From an uncultured Planctomycetota bacterium (lineage in GTDB: Bacteria > Planctomycetota > Planctomycetia > Isosphaerales > Isosphaeraceae): a DNA stretch of 64,000 nucleotides. The first letter of the stretch is position 1, and the number at the start of each line of letters is the position of its first letter. Below the pieces are notes generated by a model. The model saw only the letters and a program-made list of their open reading frames with translations, had not been told where the DNA came from and did not search any database. Positions 53,268 to 63,523 of this stretch are shown one piece after another. The stretch is from assembly GCA_963823665.1 (NCBI GenBank), contig CAWGMQ010000004.1, positions 1,696,001 through 1,760,000 of the forward strand, given 5' to 3'. Made by a program: the position numbers and the translations under genes.

Positions 53268-54281
53268 GTGATCGGGGCACTCGAGGCGTTTGCTCGGTTC
53301 GAAAGCGGCGCGCCGCAAGTGTTCATTCGCGTGGGCGGCAATAGTCCGGCTGGGCCTTATCCGATCCTGGCACTTTACGGCGAGCAAGGCTCGGCCAAGA
53401 GCACGCTGGCGAGGATCATCCGATCGCTGATCGATCCCCAGGATTCCCCGCTGCTTTCCGAGCCACGCAGTACCCGTGATCTGATGGTCACCGCCACCAA
53501 CGGGTGGCTGCTCGCTTACGACAATATCAGCGCGATTCGCCCGTGGCTGTCTGACGGCCTCTGGCGGCTGGCCACCGGCGGCGGCTTTGCGGGACGCGCC
53601 TTGTTTTCCAATGACGAGCGAACGGTACTGCACGCGCAACGACCAGTGATCCTGAACGGGATTGAAGAATTCGTCCAGCGCGGCGATCTGAGCGACCGCA
53701 CGGTCTTTCTCAATCTGGCGCCGATCCCGCCGGGCCAGCGGTGGCGCGAGGATGAGTTGTGGCACGCATTTTACCGGGACAGGCCGCTGATTCTCGGGTC
53801 TTTGCTCGATGCGATCGCGGGAGGGCTGCGCGAGCTGGCGTCGGTCAAGCTGGCGGAATTGCCCCGCATGGCCGACTTTGCCGCGTTCGCCGAAGCAGTG
53901 GGCCGGGCGCTGGGATGGAACGCCGATACGGTCCTTGCGGACTACAACAATAATCGTAAGGACGCGAGCGCGGCACAAATTGAAGACTCGGTGATCGCGA
54001 GCGCCATGCTGGAGCGTGCCCCTGAAACCTTGAACTGGTGGGGCACCCCTACCGAGCTGCTCAAGGACCTCGGCGACCAGGTGGGAAAGAAGGTGACTTC
54101 CTCGGCCGGGTGGCCCAAATCGCCTTCCGTGATGACGAATGAGCTCCGCCGGATCGCACCGCAACTCCGGAGCAACGGGGTGTCGGTCACGTTTGAGCGA
54201 ACCGCCGGAAAGCGGATCATCTGCGTCCGGACCACGCATAAGCAGGAACCGGGTCGTCATCCGCAAGTCGATATTTTATAA
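53268..54281 (+). CDS. P-loop ATPase, phage/plasmid primase-helicase-like, probably N-truncated
   Basis: GEQGSAKST, LAYDN, LATGGG, ILNGI, DLSDR, PRMADF. Confidence 0.65.
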   Translation: MIGALEAFARFESGAPQVFIRVGGNSPAGPYPILALYGEQGSAKSTLARIIRSLIDPQDSPLLSEPRSTRDLMVTATNGWLLAYDNISAIRPWLSDGLWRLATGGGFAGRALFSNDERTVLHAQRPVILNGIEEFVQRGDLSDRTVFLNLAPIPPGQRWREDELWHAFYRDRPLILGSLLDAIAGGLRELASVKLAELPRMADFAAFAEAVGRALGWNADTVLADYNNNRKDASAAQIEDSVIASAMLERAPETLNWWGTPTELLKDLGDQVGKKVTSSAGWPKSPSVMTNELRRIAPQLRSNGVSVTFERTAGKRIICVRTTHKQEPGRHPQVDIL

Positions 54282-54688
54282 TGCCTTGTGTCGACCATCT
54301 CGGCGCTGCCAAAAACGTCGTCATCCGTAAGTCCAGTTCCTGTAAGGAGATGACGACGATGACGACGTTTTGGGGGGTGTGCGGGAGCTGTTCGGTGGCT
54401 TGGAAGACAAATGCGAACGCAGGTGAGCGGGTAGTGCGGTGCCGGAGGTGGATCACTGGTTGCCTGGCGGGCGAAACAGGTCGCCGACGACTAAGAAGGG
54501 GAACCGCACCCACGCCTGGTGATTTCCGCGGCGGCTTGCCGACGCAATTGTGAACTATGCTTCGACAACTGGGGCGCGTGTTGTAGAATTGGGGCGGCAG
54601 CCCGAATCGAGAATCTCGAACGGCGATCGCGCCAGGCGTGCGGTTTCCGTTCCTTGCCCCGACGATGCACATCCTTGGATCGCTTTCG

Positions 54689-55957
54689 ATGTCCACTCGA
54701 CGCCGATGTCTACTCCGTCCGGTTCTGGATCAGCTTGATGAGCGCTGTTTGCCGTCCGGCTTGACGCCCGCGCAGTTGACCAGCGCTTACGGACTGGACT
54801 CGATCACGTTTGGCACGGGCTCCGGAGCGATCAAAGGGGATGGGACCGGGCAAGTCATCGCGCTGATTGAAGCCTACCACGACCCGTACATCGTCTCGGA
54901 CCTCGAGACTTTTGATAAGGCGTTTGGTCTGCCGGACCCGCCCAGGCTGATCGTCGCGAATCAGGCTGGAAGTGTCACGAACTCGGACTGGGCGCTCGAA
55001 GAATCGATGGATGTCGAGTGGGCACATGCTATTGCGCCGGGAGCAACCATCCTGGTTGTCGAAGCACACTCGCAAACGCGCCAGAGCCTGATCACCGCTG
55101 TGAATGCCGCACGATACACGCCCGGGGTTACCGTGATCTCGATGAGCTGGGGCTTTAACGAGTCAGCTAACGAGGATTCGTACAACAGGGTGTTCACGAC
55201 TCCGCCGGGGCATCGGGGGATCACGTTTTTCGCGGCGAGCGGTGATAGCGGAGCGGCCCTGGGGGCCGACTGGCCCTCGGTGACGCCGTCGGTGGTCGCG
55301 GTGGGCGGCACGACGCTGAACGTGACGGACTCGGGGCATTACCTCGACGAGACGGCCTGGCTGGATAGTACCGGAGGAGTTAGCCGGTACGAGCAAGAAC
55401 CTGGGTATCAGCGATCGGTGCAGGGCACCGGCAAACGAAGCACACCCGATGTCGCGTTCGATGGTGACCCCAACACGGGCGTCAGCGTCTACCAGACAGT
55501 CTACGGCGGCCACGGTTCCTGGGAGGTGGTGGGTGGAACGAGCCTGGGCACTCCGGCCTGGGCCGCGATCACGGCCATTGTCGACCAGGGGCGCGTGCTC
55601 GATGGCAAGGGCTCGCTCGACGGTGCAACGCAGACGCTGCCCATACTGTATTCGCTGCCATCGAGCGATTTCAACTTCATTCCGCCTGTGAATGCCAGGG
55701 TCAGCCAGGCGGCCGGCGGGAGCGCGAATACAACCACCGGACTGGGCACGCCGAACGGGCGCGCGCTCGTGGCCGATCTGGTTGCGAGCAACATCTCCAC
55801 TCTGCTCACAACCAGCACAGCGCGCACCGCCGCGAACGCACGGGCGAGCGCTGCGAAGAGGAACGCGCACGCAGCGGCGGCCCTGCCGGTTTCGCGGCAA
55901 CCCGTGCGATCTCCGTCAACAGCGGTCTTGTTTGCAAATCGAAGTCGCGTCAGGTAG
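54689..55957 (+). CDS. S53 (sedolisin/kumamolisin) peptidase
   Basis: EESMDVE, SGDSG, GGTS; LDERCL export motif. Confidence 0.9.
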   Translation: MSTRRRCLLRPVLDQLDERCLPSGLTPAQLTSAYGLDSITFGTGSGAIKGDGTGQVIALIEAYHDPYIVSDLETFDKAFGLPDPPRLIVANQAGSVTNSDWALEESMDVEWAHAIAPGATILVVEAHSQTRQSLITAVNAARYTPGVTVISMSWGFNESANEDSYNRVFTTPPGHRGITFFAASGDSGAALGADWPSVTPSVVAVGGTTLNVTDSGHYLDETAWLDSTGGVSRYEQEPGYQRSVQGTGKRSTPDVAFDGDPNTGVSVYQTVYGGHGSWEVVGGTSLGTPAWAAITAIVDQGRVLDGKGSLDGATQTLPILYSLPSSDFNFIPPVNARVSQAAGGSANTTTGLGTPNGRALVADLVASNISTLLTTSTARTAANARASAAKRNAHAAAALPVSRQPVRSPSTAVLFANRSRVR

Positions 55958-56053
55958 GGTTTCCACGAGGAACATGTTGACACTCGCTCATCGTCATCAT
56001 CCTTCGTGAATTCGACCTCGCAATGGAATGCGCACCCTGGGAGTTGGTCAATC

Positions 56054-57526
56054 ATGCGAAACCGCCGTCGCGGGCCGCGCTGCCGGCCTCTACTGGATGA
56101 ACTTGACGACCGCTGTTTGCTTTCGGGTTTCTCGCCGTATCAGCCGAGCGGATTCACCCCTGCCCAAATCACTGCCGCCTATGGTTTAAACGACATCACC
56201 TTCACTTCAAAGACGGGCGCCACCGTCACGGGAAACGGCAGCGGGGAAACGATCGCATTGATCGAGATGTACCACGATCCTAACATCCAGTCGGATCTGG
56301 CAACGTTCGATGCGAAATACGATCTGCCGACGCCGTCGCTCTCGGTGGTGGACCAGGCGGGCACTCAGACCAATAGTGGATGGGCGCTTGAGGAGTCCAT
56401 GGATGTCGAGTGGGCGCACGCAGTCGCCCCCGGCGCCAACATCCTGGTGGTGGAGGCGGCGCCGTCTTATTCACAAACCCAGGAATTACAGAACCTCTTG
56501 AACGCGGTGAACACGGCGCGGAACACGGCGGGCGTGGTGGCCGTCTCGATGAGCTGGGGCTTCAACGAAATGTCCAACGAGTCGTCGTACGACTCTTATT
56601 TCACGACGCCGTCCGGGCACCAAGGCGTTACCTTCATCGCGGCCAGCGGAGACAGCGGATACGTTGAGTATCCTTCTGCCTCGCCGAATGTTCTTGCTGT
56701 GGGTGGCACAACCCTCAATTTGACGGGCTCGGGGGCGTACTCGTCGGAAACCGCGTGGGCGGACAGCGGGGGCGGGTACAGCGCATACGAACAGGAGCCG
56801 AGCTACCAGGGCGGCGTGCAAACCAGCGGGGCGCGGAGCACGCCGGACGTGGCGTTCGACGCCGATCCGAATTCGGGCGTCATGGTCTACTCGACGGCGC
56901 CTGGGGGCAGGTCGGGTTCGTGGCAGGTGGTTGGGGGAACGAGCCTGGGCTCACCGTCGTGGGCGGGAATCATCGCCATTGTCGACCAGGGACGAGCTGT
57001 CGCGGGGCTCGGAAGCCTGGATGGCGCGACCCAGACGCTGCCCGCGCTTTACGCGGCAGCATCGAGCAATTTCAACAGCGTCGCGTCGGCCCCGACTTTC
57101 GGCGGCTATTCGTTCGGAGGTTTCAACCCGTTTGTAGGATTTGCGGGCAACAGCCAGGCCTCGAGCTCCTTCTGGGGCGGCTTCGGATTGGGCATCGGCC
57201 TGAACTCCGGCTCGACGACCTCGAGCGGTGAAACTGCCAATACATCGACGGGACTGGGAACGCCCAAAGGCGCGTCGCTGATCTCCGATCTGGTCGGGAG
57301 CACTCTCACGAAGGCGGTTACCTTCATCGACAGCAGCAACAGCGGCACGGGAACCACGCCGACAAGCCCGACGCAGCCGACGAAGCCGGTTGGCTCGAAG
57401 CACCGCGCGAAACATGGGCATACCACCGCCAAGCACACGAAGCACGCGGCGAAAGTGAGCGGGCGTAAGCTGGTGAATCAGGCGCACACATCCGCCAAAC
57501 ATGTCTCTGGTATACGGCTTGTGTAG
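56054..57526 (+). CDS. S53 peptidase, tandem paralog
   Basis: Same motifs; LDDRCLLS export motif. Confidence 0.9.
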   Translation: MRNRRRGPRCRPLLDELDDRCLLSGFSPYQPSGFTPAQITAAYGLNDITFTSKTGATVTGNGSGETIALIEMYHDPNIQSDLATFDAKYDLPTPSLSVVDQAGTQTNSGWALEESMDVEWAHAVAPGANILVVEAAPSYSQTQELQNLLNAVNTARNTAGVVAVSMSWGFNEMSNESSYDSYFTTPSGHQGVTFIAASGDSGYVEYPSASPNVLAVGGTTLNLTGSGAYSSETAWADSGGGYSAYEQEPSYQGGVQTSGARSTPDVAFDADPNSGVMVYSTAPGGRSGSWQVVGGTSLGSPSWAGIIAIVDQGRAVAGLGSLDGATQTLPALYAAASSNFNSVASAPTFGGYSFGGFNPFVGFAGNSQASSSFWGGFGLGIGLNSGSTTSSGETANTSTGLGTPKGASLISDLVGSTLTKAVTFIDSSNSGTGTTPTSPTQPTKPVGSKHRAKHGHTTAKHTKHAAKVSGRKLVNQAHTSAKHVSGIRLV

Positions 57527-57869
57527 GTGGCTCGATCGGAAACGGCGGGCCGACACGAGGGTCGGCCGTGCGGGCGCTGGCGGGCCGCCTGGGGTGTCGG
57601 CCTGGGCTGATGAACACTCGGGCTTATTGACGAATTTCGCCGTGAACGATTCGGCGTTTTCTGTTGCGCGACCGCCTTGTGAGCGTGGCCGCCGGGATGC
57701 ACCCCCCTGGCCCCCCCTTCTAAAGGGCTCAGAGGGAGGGGTTTTCGTCACCAACAGCTCCCACTCCCTGGGGAGGGCTGTGGTGACGGGTCGATTGCAG
57801 CAACACCGCCGCTCGAATCGAATGGCTCGCCAGAAGAGACCGTGGCCAGCGTGGGAGCCGTGGCGCCGC

Positions 57870-58080
57870 CAGATGCTAGCGTTCAGCCGCGAATAGAGAT
57901 CAACGTATCGTTTGAACAACTCGTCATAAAGGCTGGCATTGGCGGGGTTGGGCTCGACCAGAGTGTCGATCGCAACCATGGCGCGGGCGGCCTCGGAGAA
58001 ATCGGCGTAGACGCCCGCGGCGAGTGCCGCGGCCATGGCTGATCCCAGCGCGCACGACTCGCTGTCCTTGGCAGTCCCAG
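57870..58080 (-). pseudogene. FGGY carbohydrate kinase C-terminal remnant
   Basis: ESCALGSAMAAALAAGVYADFSEAARAMV..EPNPANASLYDELFKRYVDLY. Confidence 0.65.
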
Positions 58081-58320
58081 GAGGAGTGACGGTCGTTCAC
58101 CGGTAGTTTCCATGACGTGGCGACCTCGCGGCTTGCCGGCCGGAAACGCATCTCGAAGCAGGCTCAAGCTCAATCGGAAAGAAGACTATCGAGCCAGCCC
58201 CGATCGATCCGGCCGACGCAATGGCGATCGACGTCGACCGATGCCCGAGCGACTCTTTGCAGCACGGCACGCATTCACGAGATTCCCTCGACCCTGCCCG
58301 CGACCGTCGAATTGAGAGCA

Positions 58321-59044
58321 TCATACCGCGGGGCCGGGGCGGCTTTCGAGAGCCTGGTCGCGGTGCCAGAGCCAGGCGAAGAGAGGGAGCAATGCCAGGG
58401 CCCCCCACTGATAGGCAGTCAGGCCCAGGGCCACGACCGGCTCGGGGCGGATGAACTCGGTGAAGAACCGATAGATCAGGTAGGCGATCAGGTAGAGCTT
58501 GATGCGCTGGAGCCGGAACAGCCCCCGGCGTTCGGTCCAGACGAGGAACACCGCGGCCGAGGCGTGAAACGCGACCTCGTAGAGCTGGGTCGGATGTCGT
58601 GGGAGGCCGTCGTGAAATACCACGCCCCAGGGGAGGTTCGTCGGCTTGCCGTAGCAGCAGCCGCCGACGAAGCAGGCCAGCCGGCCCACGGCCACCGCAG
58701 CGGCCACCGGCACCGCAAAGCTTTCGCCGGTCTTGATCGTCACACCCAGAATCGCCTTGGCCACCTCGACGCCAAAATAGCCGCCAACCAGGCCGAACAG
58801 GATCGTCTTGCCGTTGTCGAACCACGCTCGGCCGCTGGCCAGTCCTTCCCAGTCGGCCAGCACGAACGGCACCTTCGAACCGATCATCGCGCCGCAGAAG
58901 GCCCCCAGCGCGATCCCCCACCGCTGCTACCGCCGAGAGCGGCGGTGCCCGGTCGCCGCGCCGTTCGACGAGCACCGCCGTCACGAGCGCCATCGCCATG
59001 ATCGCGGCGTAGGCCAGGCCAGGGGCGGGCGGAGAATCGGTCAT
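58321..59044 (-). CDS. Prolipoprotein diacylglyceryl transferase-like (Lgt family) protein, frameshifted
   Basis: GKTILFGLVGG, VGRLACFVGGCCYG, WG, HPTQLYE, RFFTEFIR. Confidence 0.85.
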
Positions 59045-59052
59045 CAGTTCTT

Positions 59053-59244
59053 TCACAGGCTCTCAGCGATTGAAGAGGGTGCAATAGGCGAACATGGCGC
59101 GGAAGGTGCGGAATACCCCGGTCGGACGCCGGGATACTTGCGCCAGTCCCGACGCTGGCAGAGCCAGCATTCCGCCGCGCCGGGGTCGTTCGTCGCGCCG
59201 CAGTCCCAGCAGGTCGGCTCGGGCTTTGGCTTCTGATCGCTCAT
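59053..59244 (-). CDS. Small zinc-ribbon protein (copy of upstream gene N-terminus)
   Basis: PTCWDCGATNDPGAAECWLC. Confidence 0.55.
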   Translation of the reverse strand: MSDQKPKPEPTCWDCGATNDPGAAECWLCQRRDWRKYPGVRPGYSAPSAPCSPIAPSSIAESL

Positions 59245-59335
59245 GACGGAGACCTCGCTGGGGAAGCTTCAGCCCAATTCACCTCTCGGCGGTCACCCGG
59301 GGTGGGGTGGGGCACGCGGCTCCGCGACTTCGATT

Positions 59336-60004
59336 CTAAAGGGATATTGGGCCCCTCGGGTGGCAAATCAGCAAGACGGCGATGCACAGGGACACGAACA
59401 TGAGCGCGGGGAGCAGGACCGCCATGAAGATGACCGAGGCGATCTGCTGGAGACCCGTCATCCGCCGTCCGTCATCACGGCTCCGATACCTGGCACGCGC
59501 CCAGGTGATCAACGAGGCTGGGATCAAAAAGATAGGCGATACGACGAGGAGCGCCGCCAAGCCACCGGCCGAGACGATCCGCGCGACCAGAATCGCCCCG
59601 GCGGCGATCGTGGTCACGGCGGTGGCGAATTCCAGGGTAGTCATCGACTGTCCCGGAAGCGGCCGCTTTCGAAACCGCGACCAGATGTATAGCACGACCG
59701 GAACCGGCAAGGGCAGGAAATAAAACCAGGGCAGGAAATAAAACCAGAAGTAGGTATTGTGCCCGGCGTCAAGGGCCATCCCCGCACTGAGAATGGCGAT
59801 CGCTCCGACGATGATGATGCCGGCAATGGGCAGTCGGGACCGATCGCCGCCCCGAGATACGCCGGTCTTCGCCGGCCCCGAGGCCCGATCAGAAAACCAG
59901 TCCCGGTGGTGGCAGAGCCAGCATTCCGACGCGCCGGCGTCGTTCGTCGCGCCGCAGTTCCAGCAGGTCGGCTCGAGCTTTGGCTTGGTGCTCGGTTGGC
60001 TCAT
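59336..60004 (-). CDS. Zinc-ribbon + multi-TM membrane protein
   Basis: PTCWNCGATNDAGASECWLC then about five hydrophobic segments; ATGA overlap. Confidence 0.7.
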   Translation of the reverse strand: MSQPSTKPKLEPTCWNCGATNDAGASECWLCHHRDWFSDRASGPAKTGVSRGGDRSRLPIAGIIIVGAIAILSAGMALDAGHNTYFWFYFLPWFYFLPLPVPVVLYIWSRFRKRPLPGQSMTTLEFATAVTTIAAGAILVARIVSAGGLAALLVVSPIFLIPASLITWARARYRSRDDGRRMTGLQQIASVIFMAVLLPALMFVSLCIAVLLICHPRGPISL

Positions 60005-60756
60005 GGGGTCGTTCCGACGGGACTGGAAGGCGCAGGGACTTCGGCCGTCTCGGCGGGTGCGGCCAGCCGCCGCGCGTACTCGGCGGCCATCGATTTCACC
60101 CGGCGGATCACCTGGCCCTGGATGATCCCGCTCATCGCCAGCGCCGTGCAGAAAGATGAGCTCGTGGTACCGCGGCACGCGGATGTCACGCCCACCCTGG
60201 ATCCAGACCGCCCATCCCAGCAGCCAGACGATAGCCGAGCAGGGAGGCGATCGTCGCGAACCAGACGAGCCGGAGCTGGAACCGCAAGCGTCGCCAGGGC
60301 CGGGATCAAAAAGAACCCGATCACCAGCGGGCTCTTCGGACCGTCGGCGACCATCAGCAGGAGTGTCAAGAGCATCACGTCCAGGCCCGTCGCGACGAAC
60401 TTGAGCGCCGCCGGCATGAGGTGCCGCCGCAGCCAGAGGTGCACCCCCACGCCGAGCAAGACCCAGGCCGCGGCGATCGCGGTGACGGTCTGGTGGAAGG
60501 CTCTAGTCGCTGACCTTCGGGAGCTGGATGAATCCCAGATCCACGCCGTGGTAGTTGATCAGCTCGATGGCGTAAAACGCGGCGACGGCCGCCAGGCGGA
60601 GCAGGTTGGCCCGCGTCTCCCCCTCGTATTCCTCCCATCGGCCCACGATGTACCAGGCGCGGTCGTCGGCCCCAGCAAGCGGAGTCGTGGCGGCGGCGGA
60701 TGCGGGGATGGTGCTGATGACGGAGGACTCCCGAGCAAGGGCGGGCGGGCCGGCAT
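60001..60756 (-). CDS. Hypothetical membrane protein, frameshifted
   Basis: WYIVGRWEEYEGETRANLLRL and DVMLLTLLLMVADGPKSPL in successive frames; exact start unclear. Confidence 0.6.
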
Positions 60757-62184
60757 TTACGCAATCCCCCCGATCGTGACCAGGGACGGAGGCGCCATTG
60801 CGGCTGGCGCAGGCAGCCGCGCGGCTGCCGTGTCGCGATAGAACAGGTTATAGGTGTCGAACGGGATGATCCGACCGTCCGGGTGGACGATGTGGATGCA
60901 CGACTTCTTCACCGAGCGGACGTCGAAGTTGTACGGGTCGAGGAACTGCACGATCAGGACCCGGAAGATCTTGTCGTAGGTCAATTGCGGCGGCGTAGCG
61001 AGCTCCGGCAGGCAGCAGAGGAGCTGGCGCAACGTCCACGCCGAGGAGTCGGGCGAGTGTGACGTCGAGAACAGCTCGACCACCAGCCGCCGCATCTCGG
61101 GGTCCTGCTCGTTGAGGATCGTGTTGCGCTGCATCTCCAGGAGCGTCGTCGGGTCGAGGAGCTGCGTCAGCGGCACGACCTTGCCGCCCAGCTTCAGGGC
61201 ATACGCCATGGCCAGGCAATCGGGGTGGCAGGGGACGGGCACGATGTCGCTGGGTTGAAAGTGCGGCGACTGCTCGAGGATCCGCGCGCGGACCTCGGCC
61301 AGCGTGAGCCGGTCGCGCGCCGGGTCGAAGCCCTCGACCCGGCCGGCGATCTGGACCGGCTGGAACGTCACCCCGCGCACGCAGGGCTGCGCCAGCGCGA
61401 AGTCGATGATCGCGCCGAGCTGATCGTCGTTGAGCCCCTTCTTGAGCGTGACGACCAGCGTGGTCGAGATCCCGTGCTCGTTGAGGTGCTCGAGCGCCCG
61501 GTTGCGGATCTCGACCAGGTCTTCGCCACGCAACGCCCGCTGGGGCACCGCGTCGAGCGAGTCGAACTGGAGGTACACCTCGAAGCCCGGCATGTACGCG
61601 GCGAGCCGCCGCGCGAACTCGGGGTCGCTGGCGATCCGCACGCCGTTGGTGTTGACCATCAGGTGCTTGATCGGCCGCTCGCGGGCGAGGTCGAGCACTT
61701 CGAAGAACTCGGGATGGATCGTCGGCTCGCCGCCGGAGATCTGCACGATGTCCGGCCGCCCCTCGTTCCGCACGACGCAGTCGAGCATGAACGCGATCTG
61801 CTCGAGCGACCGATGCGACGGCCGCTTGGGCGAGCTCTCGGCATAGCAGATCGGGCAGGTCAGGTTGCAGTGGTCGGTGATCTCCACCAGGGCCAGGCAA
61901 CTGTGCTGCTCGTGGTCGGGACAGAGCCCGCAGTCGTACGGACACCCGCGCTCGATCGTCGTGTTGAACTTCCGCGGCATCGTGCCGGGCTTGAGCGCCC
62001 GCCGCGAGAACTGGTAGTACTCGACGTCGGTCGAGATCAGCACCTTCTCTTGCTTGTGCTCGGGGCAGTGCTTGACCAGGTAGACCCGACCCTCCTGGAA
62101 GATGACCTTGGCCTCGACCTTGCGCAGGCAGGTCGAGCACAGGCTGTTGGTCAGCTCGAAGAAGATGTAGGGACGGTCCGCCAT
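60757..62184 (-). CDS. Radical SAM enzyme, Tes/GDGT-MAS (MJ0619)-like
   Basis: CSTC..CPEH, CPYDCGLCPDH, CNLTCPIC, SGGEPT, YLQFD, C-terminal SCIH..IIPF. Confidence 0.88.
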   Translation of the reverse strand: MADRPYIFFELTNSLCSTCLRKVEAKVIFQEGRVYLVKHCPEHKQEKVLISTDVEYYQFSRRALKPGTMPRKFNTTIERGCPYDCGLCPDHEQHSCLALVEITDHCNLTCPICYAESSPKRPSHRSLEQIAFMLDCVVRNEGRPDIVQISGGEPTIHPEFFEVLDLARERPIKHLMVNTNGVRIASDPEFARRLAAYMPGFEVYLQFDSLDAVPQRALRGEDLVEIRNRALEHLNEHGISTTLVVTLKKGLNDDQLGAIIDFALAQPCVRGVTFQPVQIAGRVEGFDPARDRLTLAEVRARILEQSPHFQPSDIVPVPCHPDCLAMAYALKLGGKVVPLTQLLDPTTLLEMQRNTILNEQDPEMRRLVVELFSTSHSPDSSAWTLRQLLCCLPELATPPQLTYDKIFRVLIVQFLDPYNFDVRSVKKSCIHIVHPDGRIIPFDTYNLFYRDTAAARLPAPAAMAPPSLVTIGGIA

Positions 62185-62498
62185 CGCGAGGGCTCCTGAT
62201 GCCGTCGTCCGACCCGTGAAGCGTTCCGGTTGAGTCGCTAAAGAGAGATGATCAAACCGCGACCGCGCGTGCCACGTTATCAAGACTACTCGCTCAACGC
62301 CACCAGCCAGACCCGCGCACCCGGGCCCTGGGCTGATGAATCGTTGGGGTTAGCCGTCCCGGCGAGATGGGCGTGAGGGTTCGCGCAACATACACTGCGG
62401 GAAGCCACCGCTCCTTCGATCGCAAGTTTTCAACGACCCAGTGTCGGCCCTATGGGCGTTGGCCGGCCGACTGAGATGTCGGACGGAAGGGCGCAGGA

Positions 62499-63296
62499 TC
62501 AAGCCGCCGGTTTCATCACTTTCTCGAGGATCGTCTGGAAGACGTCCGAGTTCACGCTGAATTCGCCGCGGAACGGGTTGTCCATCGCGGCGGTGAGGAA
62601 AATCAAGACCGCGATGAAGCAGGCCAGGATCATCACGGCCAGCGCGTGCAACTTGAAATTCTCGACCCAGAAAAGATAAGTGAGCAGACCGTTAAGCAGC
62701 GCGCCGATCAGGACCACCGCCCAGAGGGCCGCGGGCAGACCGGTCGAGACGGCCTGAAGGCGAAGCCTGCGCTGCTCGAGCACGGTATCGAGCGACCGAA
62801 GTACCTCGGCATGGACGATTTTTTCGCGCTCGCGGGTGGGCTCGAAGTTCATCACGTCGTTTTCCAGCCGGTCGAGGATCATGTCGCCGTCTTCGAGCGC
62901 GATACCCTGCTTGTGAGCGGGCCATTCCTTCTTGATGACAGTCTGGGTGTAATCGCGCATGAGCGATTCGAGGTTGTTTCGAAGAGGCTGAGGGTAACCG
63001 TCGAGATCGCGATACAGACTGGTGAGCGCGGCCGCCTCGGAGGTGACAACCGCGTCGACCTCGGTGTAATTCTCCCAGGTTGCAACAGCGATCAAACCCA
63101 GAGCCAGGCCATAGAACACTCCGAGTGACGCCAGGAAATAACTGACGAGATCGTTGTGCTTGGAACTCGCCCCGACGAGTTGCTTGACGATCGGGCGGCT
63201 GATCACGAGCCCGAGAAGCGCCAGGCCCACGGTAAAGGCTACGATGAGGGTGCACAGCATCCAGTTTGGCAGGTCATAGATCCAATAGAACGACAT
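62499..63296 (-). CDS. DUF4239 (bestrophin-like) membrane protein
   Basis: GVFYGLALGLIAVATWE, EW, RRLRL, MDNPFRGE. Confidence 0.85.
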   Translation of the reverse strand: MSFYWIYDLPNWMLCTLIVAFTVGLALLGLVISRPIVKQLVGASSKHNDLVSYFLASLGVFYGLALGLIAVATWENYTEVDAVVTSEAAALTSLYRDLDGYPQPLRNNLESLMRDYTQTVIKKEWPAHKQGIALEDGDMILDRLENDVMNFEPTREREKIVHAEVLRSLDTVLEQRRLRLQAVSTGLPAALWAVVLIGALLNGLLTYLFWVENFKLHALAVMILACFIAVLIFLTAAMDNPFRGEFSVNSDVFQTILEKVMKPAA

Positions 63297-63523
63297 GCGT
63301 CGCCACTCCTTGGTCGAACGTGATGATGGCCGTATCCGAGCCCCAAACCATAACGATTTCGTGGCGGACGGGCTATCTCAACCGATCAGGCTGGTGGGAA
63401 CGGCCCGGTGATTCGATAATGCATAACAGAGTTTTCCAGCCGAGTGATCCGGGGGCCGGCGAGTCGTATTTCGTCGACGCCGGCTCTCAGCCCTGAACCA
63501 GGTTCGACTGTCGGAGAGATTGG

